From the NCBI GenBank assembly GCA_964016885.1, contig OZ024740.1, positions 109,740,001-109,804,000 on the forward strand: a stretch of DNA of 64,000 bases, in the 5' to 3' direction. Source of the stretch: Eledone cirrhosa (Eukaryota). A model generated the notes under the pieces. The model did not search any database, was not told the DNA's origin, and saw only the letters and a list, made by a program, of their open reading frames with translations. The position numbers were made by a program, and so were the translations under genes. Shown one piece after another: positions 1-12,116 of this stretch (positions are counted from its first letter, which is position 1; every line of letters begins with the position of its first letter).

Positions 1-199
1 AAGTTTTCTGCAGTACAACATACTTGCCTTCCCATATTTTCTGAAATATTTTTATGTAAAGAGGTTGGCATTAATAATAATAATGAAATTATTGTGTACA
101 GTGTTCAGGTGCATGTATAGTACATAGAATAATGTACAAATGTTAGGAAAATGAACAGTGTATGAGTCATGATATACATGTGTGCGTGTGTATGGAGGC

Positions 200-960
200 A
201 GAATATCATGTGTAGTGTTGGCAAATTTCGGGAAGCATGGAGGTTTTGAAGGATACAGTGTTCTGACAGCTAACAACCAATGTAGGTAGTTTTTTCCATG
301 CTTCAGCAACTTTGAGCATGAAAAAATGTTTCCAAAAGTCATGGGAGATGTGCTGTTTTCTGACCTTGTAGGCATGCCCACGGGTGATAGACACATGGAA
401 TTCTAAAAGGTGCTCAGGGTTGTTGTTGGCAAGATGGTTAATAATTTTGAGGATGTCTACCAAGTCAGTTGCCAGCTAGCCGTCGGAGCTTCAATATATG
501 CATGACCAGGGAGCAAGGCGTTCAGAGTATGGTAGATGCCTGATGGAGGGTATTCACTTGGTTGCACGTCTCTGAACAGTTTCTAGGAGGTCAATGTTCT
601 AAGCAAGATAGGGGTTCCAGATTGGTGATGCAAAGTGTGGCCACACCATAGCTATATACAGCTTTAAATAGATAGCTGGAGAGTGGCTGACAAATATCTT
701 GCTGAATGATACCAAGACACCCTCGGCCTTCTTGACAATTTTAGAGATGTGCTTTGTCCAATGCAAATCACTGCTGACAGTAATATCAAGAAGACTTCTT
801 GATATTAGTGTTCTGGAGGGAGTATGTGGATGCTGGGCTTTTCATCCAAAAATACATGGTGGTACACTTGTCCACAGTCAGCTTGAGTTGCCGGTCCGTG
901 ATCCATTGCTGCATTCTGTCCATGTCTGATTGCAGGAAATATCTATAGTGTTCAGGATCT
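200..960 (-). mobile_element. Degenerate CR1-clade LINE, 3' part of ORF2
   Basis: Broken minus-strand frames give LLETVQRRATK, TRGHAYKVRK and FFMLKVAEAWKKLP, which match the typical CR1 ORF2 C-terminus (LERVQRRATK...TRGH...FFS.RV...WN.LP). Many stops. Confidence 0.8.
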
Positions 961-2148
961 GTCTTTTAGTACATGACAAATTCTTTTTATGCCTACGACA
1001 AACTCTCTAGTGCTGGGGCCATGATAAAATGTATCCCAGTACGCCCTGTAAAGTGTTTGGAATTAGGAATAGCATCCATCCACAAAAGCAATGTTAAAAA
1101 AGCTTAGAGAGAATTTTCAGACATATGAAAGACATGACAACCTTTCTAGTGCTGGTACTATGATGAAATGCACTCAGTACGTTCTGAGAGGTGGTTGCAA
1201 TCAGGAAAGGAATCTAGCAAGAAGTCATGTCTAATCCACAGTAAACAAGACATGGTTCTCTGGCTTGTCTAGAGAGATTGGCTCTGATTAAGTATTAATT
1301 TGGTCTCTAACAACTTGTACAACTCATGCCAGCATGGGAAAAAATTGGATTTAAAACAATGATGATAAAAAATAATGGCTTTAAATTTAATCCTTTTATT
1401 ATAATTCTGAAAATATTCAATAATTTGAAAGGATTTAATAATATAACAGACATTCTCAATATCAAGCTCATGTTTGAAGCATAATTTAACAAAAGTTCTT
1501 ACATAAAATTATGATGGAAAGTTTTTAGAAATATATACACTTTAAAATACATAATTTAGTATCATGGAACCAGGGGTGGTATCTATCAGTTTGTTATCAA
1601 AAGGGTTAATCTCAGTTAATGAAGTAAATCCTGCACCAATTTCCTATTATCACTAAAAAAAAAATCTAAATGTGGCAACAATTGCTCAATTTCTATGAAA
1701 ACCATTTTCTGTTTTACTTTATAGTGATTATTTTTTAATTTTTTTGTGTGTGTGTTTGTTTATATTTTGTTTTGTTGTTATTGTTTTCTGCATATTTTAC
1801 TGAACTTTGGAAATATTTGTATACTTAGCTTATTAGCGGAGAGCAATTATATTGGAGATATATTATATTATTGCACTTTATGTAATGAGGAGATCGTTTA
1901 GTAAATAAGTAGACATTGTGAGAGTTGCTATGGATTTATTATGTATGGTGGAGGGTTGTGTCTGTATGTCTATGACTGTGTTCCTGCCTGAGTGGGTTTG
2001 CAGCTAATGGCATTAGCTAGAGAAACACCCATAATCATGAATATCACACAATTAAATCAGTTATAAAGGAGAGAGAGAGAGAGATAATGGGAAACCCGGA
2101 AACATCATTACAATCACCACAGTATGTGTATATATATATATATATATA

Positions 2149-3441
2149 CGAGAGCCAGGTAAAAAAGTAATGCCTTTTTTTATCATAGCAGGTTCATTTT
2201 TTTTTTATAGAATGAGTTGAAATTTGGCACAAAGGTAAAAGGCACATGTCTTCTTGAGACTCAAATATATCATTTTGTTTTTCAGATTTGTATGAGTGAC
2301 TGAGTTAATTTTAAGATGCCGCCCCTTGGAAGTCCATCAGAAGCAAAGAGTAATAATTGAATTCCTTGTTGCTGAAGGAGAAACTACTGTTAACATTCAC
2401 AAAAGATTAAAAAATGTTTATAAAGGTGACGTCTTAGACTACAGCAATGGGCCCATCATCTGAATGAAAATGAGAAGGTGGGAATTGCAAACTTAGTAGA
2501 CAAGCCTCGTGCCGGCTGCCCATCAACTTCTGTCAACCCTGTCAACAAAGCAAAAGAAGATGCTTTAATCAGAGCTGATAGGAGTATAACCCTTGATGAG
2601 TTGGCATTAGAGCTTGGAGTAAGTGACTGTAGTACTTACAGCATGGTTGACTCACTTGGGTTTTCAAAAGTCTGTGCCTGTTGGGTACCAAGACAACTCA
2701 CAGTTGAGCACAAGACTGAAAGGATTAACTGCTGCACTGAGCTCCTTGAATCCAGTCAAAGAGAAAACACGTTTTTTAGAAGGCTTATTACAGGTGATGA
2801 AACTTGGATTCATCATTACGAACCTGAGTCAAAAAGGCAATCGATGGAATGGCCTCACCTAACATCTCCAAAAACCCAAAAGGTCACGGCACAAAAGTCA
2901 ACTGGAAAAATCATTGCAACTGTCTTTTGGGTTAAACAAGAAGAGAAACAATTAACTCTGAAGCATATATTGAGACTAAAAGCAAGAATTTCATGAGTAA
3001 GACCCAAGTTGGCGATGAATAAAATTCTTCAATACAACAATGCCAGACCTCATATGAGCATCAGGACAAAGGCAGAAATCACCTCATTCAGATGGGCAAC
3101 TCTGCCGCACCCGCAATACTCACCTAATTTGGCACCATCAGATAACCACCTCTTTGGTCCCATGAAAGAAGCATTGAGAAGCCACCATTGTGGAAATGAC
3201 GAGGAAGTGAAAACTGTTGCCAAGAATTGACTTTGTGAGCAGCCAGCAGGGTTGTTTGAAGCTGGGATAGATGCCCTCATTCAACAGTAGAATGTTGCTA
3301 TCAAAAGAGGTGGTAACTATGTTGAGAAGTAGGAATGTGATCCTCTGATGTACAGCTTCATCTTGATGTATAATACATTTTTTTTTGTTCTTTATTTTTC
3401 TTGCAATAAAACAAAAGGCATTACTTTTTGACTGGCCCTTG
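2149..3441 (+). mobile_element. Decayed mariner (Tc1/mariner) DNA transposon, about 1.3 kb
   Basis: Imperfect TIRs CGAGAGCCAGGTAAAAAAGTAATGCCTTTT (2149) and AAAAGGCATTACTTTTTGACTGGCCCTTG (ending 3441), with TA on both flanks. Confidence 0.93.
2316..3330 (+). pseudogene. Mariner transposase pseudogene
   Basis: Motifs WVPRQL, TGDETWIHHYEPESKRQSMEW, NNARPH (normally HDNARPH) and YSPNLAPSD. Split by frameshifts, stops and deletions. Confidence 0.92.
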
Positions 3442-3479
3442 TATATACATATATATTTGTGTGTATGTATACATATATG

Positions 3480-3530
<51 letters not shown>

Positions 3531-4014
3531 ACACACATACATACAGTGATGAGGTAATTATCTGTATGTAATTGATTCTGTTGAACTATTCTTACTGGAA
3601 TGGACTGTTCATTCCTGTTAGTCTAGTGAAACATTGGTAAATCTCTTAAATGTTTAAATAATAATCCTTGTCTAAACTTTCATTTTATATATATATGAGA
3701 GAAAGGCAAGTTGGTGATAGAAAAGGCATCCAACCATAGAAGATTTGTCAAACAAAGAGTAAAGAGGACTTTTCAGTTGTGTCAAGGATATGATGATCTC
3801 CCTAGTTCTGGCACTACAATGAAGTGCATGGCATACTCTGAGGAGTGTAGGAATGTATGTAAACATGAGGTTCTGCCCTATTTGAGAGATCAGTGGCTCT
3901 GACTTGGTCTGTAATGACCCATCTTACTTTTGCTAGCAGTGAAATGGATGTTAAATGATAATGAGCTCTCCCACCTGGGTTTGATGTTTACCACAAGAAA
4001 TAACCTCATAAATC

Positions 4015-4350
4015 AATCCTTTCATTACCATATTTCTAATGAAAGACACTGCCAATGTCATTAACCCTTTCATTACCATATTTCTAATGAAATACATTGC
4101 CTATGTCAACCCATTCATTACTATATTTCTAATGAAAGACACTGTCTATGATTGTCAATAAAATTTGAAAATAATCAAACATTTGGATGAATTTAATAAA
4201 ATAACTGATATTTAGAACATTACTTAAGAAATATTGGTAAAATAAAATTATGATGATAGGTTTTAATATAAAGATAAACATTTTAAAAGGAGCAGTTTTG
4301 TATTAAGAAATCCATGGCAGTTTCAGGCAGTTTGGTATCAAAATGGTTTA
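4015..4350. mobile_element. piggyBac-like MITE remnant with a triplicated left end
   Basis: TTAACCCTTT at 4061, with three copies of the ttcattaccatatttctaatgaaa unit; right end tggtatcaaaatggttta. Related ends occur at ~1590-1609 (atcaaaagggttaa) and ~40640 (ttaacccttttgatac). Confidence 0.5.
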
Positions 4351-4702
4351 TGTAAAGTGATATCAGACCTTATTATATTTGAGACAGATAAATCATGTTG
4401 CTGAAGTCCTACCCCAGCAAATGAGGTGGAGAAAATATTGCTCTTTTAATCATTCACCTATATTTTAAGGGTTTTGTGTCTGCCCCTCTTCTCACCTCCC
4501 ACCCTCTCTTGGTACAATTTACACTATCATTACTACACTACTATATATGATTAAAACCTAGATTGACTTCCCCTCTCCCCTCCCTATTAACTACTAGGTA
4601 CTCATGTAATCCCTCCTTCCTTTTGACATACATTTTCATTTCAGTAAACAAAGTGTCACTAACAAACAGTTGGGGGCTAAAAGGAAAAGTGGGTTTTAAA
4701 GA

Positions 4703-4737
<35 letters not shown>

Positions 4738-4740
4738 CGC

Positions 4741-4785
<45 letters not shown>

Positions 4786-5051
4786 CGCGTATATATACGT
4801 GTGTGTATATATATATATATACACACACACACATATATATATATATATGAAAGAGAGAAATAAATATTGAGATTTCATTGTCTGCATTTGTGTGTCAATG
4901 TATGTCTTTATAAGTCTGTGTTCACATGTGTATGTGTGCATGATCTTTGTGTAAATTAAAAGCTTTTTGTGTAACTTAAATGACGTGTGTAAGTAATGAT
5001 CTAAAAAATACACCAGTAATAGAAAGTATGTGTGTATTATCTACCTATATC

Positions 5052-5083
<32 letters not shown>

Positions 5084-5107
5084 CCTCCTCACTCTCAATA
5101 TATATAT

Positions 5108-5160
<53 letters not shown>

Positions 5161-5163
<3 letters not shown>

Positions 5164-5340
5164 CGAAGAAATTGTGGTAAGGAACCAGATGGACCATAAC
5201 GCACCAAAGTACTCAATACTTAGGGTAGTAGAGTGGGTAATAGGAACAAGTATGACCCCGACGGCAGAGCTCAAGCCGTTTCGATGGCTATTTCTGTCGA
5301 AACGGCTTGAGCTCTGCCGTCGGGGTCATACTTCTTCCTA
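5161..5340. mobile_element. Asymmetric fold-back element in (TA)n, probable PLE terminal-repeat fragment (family P1)
   Basis: Perfect 37-bp inverted repeat, 5248-5284 versus 5297-5333, with (TA)n on both sides. Homologous copies at 19893-20040 and 35447-35641. Confidence 0.7.
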
Positions 5341-5762
5341 TATATATATATATATATATATATATAATGTCCATAAGTACAAGTATATATGTATATTAGC
5401 AGTCATCTGTATATGAAAAAATAATAATCAAACTTACAACTCACACTTATGCATATTTAGTTGGCTTCCTATGAGCTTGCATCTCAGTGTTTTAAAGAAA
5501 GTCATATGAAATGAAGTGACTTGCTCAGGAACACAACATCACCACAGTACTGGAATCAACCCCACGAACTTAAGATCATAAGTCCAACACCCTAATCACT
5601 CGGGCATATGCCTTCATCACCAATATATAAATATTAGTCAACCTCAGATGGCCTTGATTAAGCAAGCCAATAATTAATTCTGTTCTGTCTCATATCAAAC
5701 TACATTAGCAACACATTCTTGAAAATAGCAAACATAATTATGACTGTATTACAATAAATATT

Positions 5763-6024
5763 AAAGTCTTTACTCTAATGCTGCAAATATTTACAATGAT
5801 CTGTCCACTGATAAAGATACTATAAACATTAGAATTAACAAACACATTATACATATCTTCTGCTACATCATAACAAGATGTTAAGAGTTAAAAATTAAAG
5901 TCTCTAATGCTGCAAATTTTTACAATGATCTGTCTACTACTAAATATACTATAAACTATAAACATTAGAATTAACAAACACATTTTTAGATATTTTCTAC
6001 TACATCATTACAAGATGTTAAGAG
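5763..6024. repeat. About 130-bp tandem duplication
   Basis: The unit aaagtc...ctaatgctgcaaat...aaacattagaattaacaaacacatt...caagatgttaagag occurs twice in tandem. Confidence 0.85.
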
Positions 6025-6387
6025 CTCAAGATATTCCAGCTATGGTCATCCCACCACTTCTTTTCTTGAGCAGGTAAGGTGTGAATTTAGGGAGATTGGC
6101 TCACCTCCTCTATCAAACTTAATTTTCCTTCTTTTTCGAAAAAGAGGCATAAACCCTGAAATGTCATGAAATATAATGTAACAGTGTAAACTATTGCTTT
6201 GTTTTGTCTTACTTTACTTCAGTATCCACTCCTTCATTTCTAATTTGCATTGTACTGGTTTTCCTAAAACAATTTTAACTACATATCTCAGAATGTATTG
6301 TACAAACAATATATACATATGTATGCAAAAAATAAATGGAAACAAGAAAGAAATATATTAGTTTAACACTTGATATAGTAGGCGAAG

Positions 6388-6427
6388 TGTCTCTATGTTT
6401 CGGACACTAGTCCTTCATCAAAAGACA
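6388..6427 (-). ncRNA. Degenerate minimal type I hammerhead ribozyme (PLE type)
   Basis: Minus strand reads tgtctt-TTGATGA-aggac tagt gtcc-GAAAC-ATA-gagaca. Helices I and II pair; core C3 is mutated to U. A more decayed homologue lies at 7571-7610. Confidence 0.65.
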
Positions 6428-6859
6428 ATGAAAAATAAAAGATGAAATAGAAAGATAAAGAGTGAAATGAGGAAGGAAAGGAAACAATTCTTTTTAGAAA
6501 AAGCTTATGTGTATTTAGTCAGCCATTTTAGTTGATGCACTTTGAATATTTTAATCTTTATTTGAGTAATTCATCGAGAGGCAAAATTTGTCATCTTTGT
6601 CTCTACCTGTTTTGTTGCACCCCAATGTGTACTGGTATGAATAGTATCAATCTTAATGAACAGAAACTGTAGAGATTTTCAGAGATTTGAGTAGATGGGA
6701 CTGGCTATTTTTCCATTGTCTTTGTTCTGTGTGCCCCTCTATCTTGGATATGTATATATATTTTTTTTACTGGTTTCAATCATTAGACTGTGGACACCAT
6801 CTTGTGTTTACAGTACAGTAGTTGCCAAAATAAACACATACTAACAGGATCTGAAGCAG

Positions 6860-6921
<62 letters not shown>

Positions 6922-7934
6922 ATATAAAATAAAACTGGGTGGAAAAAGAAGTATCCACAGTTGAATATAAAGTACTCAATACAAGGTTATTGAAAATGCA
7001 ATTTTGTGTATGCAAATATGTATGCATGTGTGTATAATTTATATGACAATGATTATCTGTGTGTGCAGAGTGTATTCATATAAATGTGTATGTGTATGTG
7101 TATATGTATATGAGTATAAGTACAGACACATACTCTAGTAACAGATTACTGCCATGTAACACAGTAGTGTAAATAAAACAAGAGACTGACAAGTAAGATA
7201 GGGCAGGTTAAGTAGATTAATTACTGATGAATTCTATGTGTGTGAGGGAAGGATAGATGGGGAGTATTTACTTCTCCTCTAGATCTTTTTCTTGCCATTT
7301 AGATAAGAGCAAACTGGGAAAACATCCATCCATCAACAACACAGTCAACTCCCCTCCTTGAATGTTCCAGACTCTCATTGAAGTAGCACAGTACATAGTT
7401 AGTGTGTGTATGTGCATATGTATGCATTATGTACTATGTACTGTGTATATATATATAAATAAATATATATATATATGTATGTATGTGAAAGGTAAACAGT
7501 AATAACAACACAATCAGTATAGTATATGGATGGAATATATTAGGTTAACGCTTGAAATAGCAGGAAAAGGGTCTTAACATTTTAGACGCTAGCCTTTCAT
7601 CGGAAGAAAGAATGAGAAATTAGAAAGATTGAAGGGACAGGCGGGGTGAAATTGGAAAAAATGTTTTTAGAGAAAAATAACAGGTCTATTCATGTTGTCA
7701 TCTCTTGGAAAACTTGGTGCAGAGAAAAGATTTGAGATTGGGCATGTTGAAGGTACTAGGGTGGGAGAGAAAAATAGACAGGGGAGAAGAAGAAGGTGGA
7801 AGTAAGAACATTATAGTAGAGGAAAAGTAATAGAGGTGGGTAGTACAGTGAATTACTGGTGTTGGTACCAAATCAAGCACTCTATGCACCGGCAGTGTAT
7901 ATAATGGAAAAAAATATATTTGTTTGTCACATCA

Positions 7935-8011
7935 CCAGTCTGATGAGCAGATCGATACTGCAGTTGGGTCCATAACCTTGAGCCAATCCTCTGCGATACA
8001 CACATAACGGG
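7935..8011 (+). ncRNA. Degenerate type I hammerhead ribozyme (PLE type)
   Basis: ccagt-CTGATGA-gcaga...tctgc-GATAC-acac-ATA-acggg, followed by AATAAA (8021) and (TA)n. GAAA is mutated to GATA. Confidence 0.6.
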
Positions 8012-8063
8012 TCGATACACAATAAATATTTTTATATGTAAACGAAACTTCCTCGTTTTTCCA

Positions 8064-8110
<47 letters not shown>

Positions 8111-9756
8111 CCACACGGGGAGATATAACCTATCATATAATAGACATCACACTGCCCAGTCTGTCTTCTATTCTCCCTTCCTACCTTTTCTATGCCTCAG
8201 TATCATTCTTCATTGTCTCTACAGTCCATATTATTATTTTCTGTTTTTCTATTTCTCTCCTTTCTATATTTCTCCTCCCCTGGCTAAGCCCTCACACACT
8301 GTTCTCTCCCTTCTTTTTCAGTTGGTGCACTTTGGATATTTTTTGTCTTTATTTGTGTAATTCGCATAAAAGTATAACTTGTCCTGTCTTTGTCTCTACC
8401 TGTGTGTATGAGTGTCTGTATAATTGACTGCTATACCAGGGACAACAGATAGTTTGTGTTCTTGGTTTCTCCACTGTTGCTGCCATGGTTACTTATCTTG
8501 GAGAGAGAGAGAGAGAGAGAGAGAATTCTTGGCTTTCAGTTCCGAATGTTTCTCAGATGTATTTCTTTACCTAAGTAACCCCACCAAATTAATGGTAGAT
8601 GACAACTAGAAGCCTTCCTCTTCCACGTGAAGAATGTATGTATCTCTCTCTCTCTGTATATATATATATATATGCACACACACGTTTCCTATATATATAA
8701 TACACACATACACATACCCTGCCCCTTATATAAACATATATATAGAGGATTCTGTAGTTTTTGTAGTACATGTGGTTCGGGCAATGTAAGGAGAGTGAGT
8801 TATAAGGGAACTAAGAGGAAGAAGCTGGAATAAAATAAAATACAATAAATGAGATAAAACTTGTTTCAAAACAATATAAATTCTGTGTTCTATTGTTCAT
8901 TTAGGTGGTAGTAGAGGTGTAGAAAGAGGAGAGTGTGAAAGTTAATGTTAGAATTAAAGTTAGGATTAGGATTAGTGTTAGTATAGTTACCATGAATGGT
9001 CATGTGGCTACAGTCTATGAGCCTTGTTGCTGGATTAGTAAGGACATTCCTGGCTTGGCATATCAATTACTAGTCAGAATATGTCTAAAGGTGTTTCCAT
9101 GTGTCCAGGTCACTCCAATGTTTTAGAGTAGGTACCCATTTCCTAATAAAGTGTGCCTCTGCTACTTGGGAGGGCAAAACAGTTGCTCAAGAGGAAAAAT
9201 ATGGAATGTATATTGATGAGGTGTAATTTGTCTGTCATCTTCACCAAGTCAGTTTGTTTGACTTCAAGGTACTCTTATATGGCTTCCAAGAAGATTTGAG
9301 AGCCAAGAATATAGGCATCATCTCTTGGAGTAAGTCGTACCTCAGTCAGTAATAACCAAATGTATGGTATCATAAGATTGATATTTATCATCTGTTACTT
9401 AGATGAGTTAATCTGGAGCCTGAGGAGTTATAGGGCTGGGATAGCAGTGTTCTGAAAGTCACCAACAACAGATAACAACTGAACCACAAAGTGTCACATC
9501 ATCCAGATACCATACATTGAAAGGCAAGTCGATTGAGTTGGCAAAATGATTAAAGAAAATTATCGTAATTGATTTAAATCATTATAAAATGAAATACAGA
9601 GATGGGCAAAGTGACAAGAGGAAGAAGATCAAGGAAAACTCAAGGATTCAAGCATCTTTACATAGAATGTTGTAATCAAAGGATTATTAAATTAAATAGC
9701 TTTTTTACTATAAACCCTGTCATTTTTAATGGGTACCATGCTAGAATGTATACACC

Positions 9757-9803
<47 letters not shown>

Positions 9804-10059
9804 CCCTGAAATTGATAGTTTAAAGTACATAATGCTATCTAGACAAGAGAGTGGTGGCTCCCCTTATCCTTGTGTATCTGTGCGATGGCCATACCCCCAC
9901 CCAACCTATGGACTGCCTGTGTGAAAGCAAGCCATGTCCCTCTACCCCAGAGGTTTAAGCAAATAAAATCAAGTAAATTGATGGCTTTTAAAACAAATAT
10001 GAATGAGAAACTTTGTAGTAAATATATGGAATTAGCTGGTAGTAGAGGGAAGGAACATA

Positions 10060-10228
10060 GGTGTGTGTGTGTGTGAAGTGTGTGCATGTGTGTGTATGTA
10101 AAGTGTGTGTATGTGAAGTGTGTGTGTGTGAAGTGTGTGTGTGTGAAGTGTGTGTGTGTGAAGTGTGTGTGTGTGAAGTGTGTGTATGTGAAGCGTATGT
10201 GTGTGAAGTGTGTGTATGAAGTGTGTGA
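10060..10228. repeat. (GT)n-derived 15-mer minisatellite
   Basis: Repeated gtgtgtgtgtgaagt unit. Confidence 0.9.
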
Positions 10229-10341
10229 GTAGTGTTTTTAGGAACAAATGTTTACAATGTTTTGTTAGTGTAATAAGAGTTGCATTATAATGTGGTGTGT
10301 ACTGTGTGTGTGAGTATATTTGTAGTATGTGATATATATAT

Positions 10342-10524
10342 ATAATTGTTTCTACTTTTGGCACAAGGCCAGCAATTATTCCAGTGCATTACTGGTACTT
10401 TATTTTATCGACCCCGTAAGGATGAAAGGCAAAGTTAACCTCGGCGGGATTTGAACTCAGATCATAAAGGGAGGTAACTCTATGCTTCAAAGCATGGCGT
10501 CCGACCCTTACCGATACTGCCAAT
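10342..10524 (-). mobile_element. tRNA-derived SINE with Deu/Nin-like domain (family S1)
   Basis: A box TGGCAGTATCGG, B box GAGTTCAAATC and body GCCTTTCATCCTTACGGGGTCGATAAA. Near-identical copies at 20510-20693 and 53448-53627. Confidence 0.85.
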
Positions 10525-10974
10525 ATATAATACAGTGTATGTTAGTATGATATATATGTACAGTATGTGTATGTCTGTGTATATATATATGTGTGTGTGT
10601 GTCTGTAATATGTGGTGTATATAGTGTATATATGATGTGCCATATATTCATTGTGTAAATGTCTAGTAGTATATATTTTGTATGCATATATAGTATACAT
10701 TGTATGAATGTGCATGTACTTTTTAGTGTAAGTATACATGTGTGTATATATGTTAAACTTAACTGATAAGAAGCTTTTTCGTAAAAGATATGAGGGTGGT
10801 GGAGTTGCTAAAATAAGGAGGAGACACATGACATCTGTTTCACTACCTCAGCTTTCTACATTTAAATCACATAAATTGCATTACACATATGGAAAGGTCT
10901 TTACATGACAGAACTCTTATAGTTTGAACTGATCAAAATGTTTTATAACATCTTTAGACAATGGAGTAGTGAAA

Positions 10975-11085
10975 GCACATGGCCTAGTGATTTGGGTGCT
11001 GAGATTATAAGGTTGTGGGTTTGATTCTTGGAACAGCTACCACATTGTGTTCTTGAGCAAGAAACTTTATTTAATGTTGCTTTTC
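10975..11085 (+). mobile_element. tRNA-derived SINE with CORE/Meta-like body (family S2), decayed
   Basis: TGGCCTAGTG A box, GGTTTGATTC B box and tgtgttcttgagcaagaaactttatt body. Relatives near 5500-5610, 35845-35960 and 56110-56243. Confidence 0.65.
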
Positions 11086-11920
11086 ATTATATGACTGGGG
11101 CTTCTATTATTGAAACACCTAAGATACTTCCTATAAGATGCAACCATATAGAAAACTAGTTAAATCTTCATAGGTGTGAGCTGTAAATTCCATTTCATTT
11201 TATTTTCAATGCAATAGGGATTTTCAGTCTTTAAATTTTGAAGATAGTCTCAGTTGATGGAAGTTTATTTTCCACCCACTACATTTAGAGTAAGTGGAGA
11301 TTTGGCAGTCATTCAGGGGTTGGATGAAAAGGGCATTGGTATTTATTCGGATTCACTGCACTCTTAGTTCAAATCCCACCAAGATCAACTTGAAAATATA
11401 AGTACTGGGTATGATTTGATTGACTAAATGAAGTGCCCCAGCATGGCCACAGTCTAATAAAAAAAAAAATCCTTAGATTCACAGTGAATACAAAATGATA
11501 TTATGAGAGAGAGAGAGAGAGAGATATTCAGAGTTTTCCCAGAGCTAGACATGCACATCACAAATGCTTATTTCCTTTCTTTTATCATTTTGAAGAGAAA
11601 AAACCCAACACCAAACAAAAAGAACACAAGGCTAAACTGTTTGGATTTCTGGTGCCACAGACTCATGTTTGCTGATAGACATCTCGATTCCAGAACACCA
11701 CTCTCTCTACACACACACATATAAACATATACTTATATATATATTTATTTATATATATGCATATATACCAGTCCAACCCTTGCTAGCAGGGAAAGCGGAT
11801 ATTAAAAATGACAGTGATATATATATATAAGTATACACATATATGTGTCTATATATATAAATGTGTGTGTATATATATATATAGACACAGATGTATATAT
11901 ACATACATATATACACCCAC

Positions 11921-11975
<55 letters not shown>

Positions 11976-12050
11976 GATACATACATATATATACATACAC
12001 ATACATATATACACACACATATGTACACACACATATATATATATATATAT

Positions 12051-12079
12051 CAAACCTCAGCATGCCATTTCTTCTGCTG

Positions 12080-12116
<37 letters not shown>

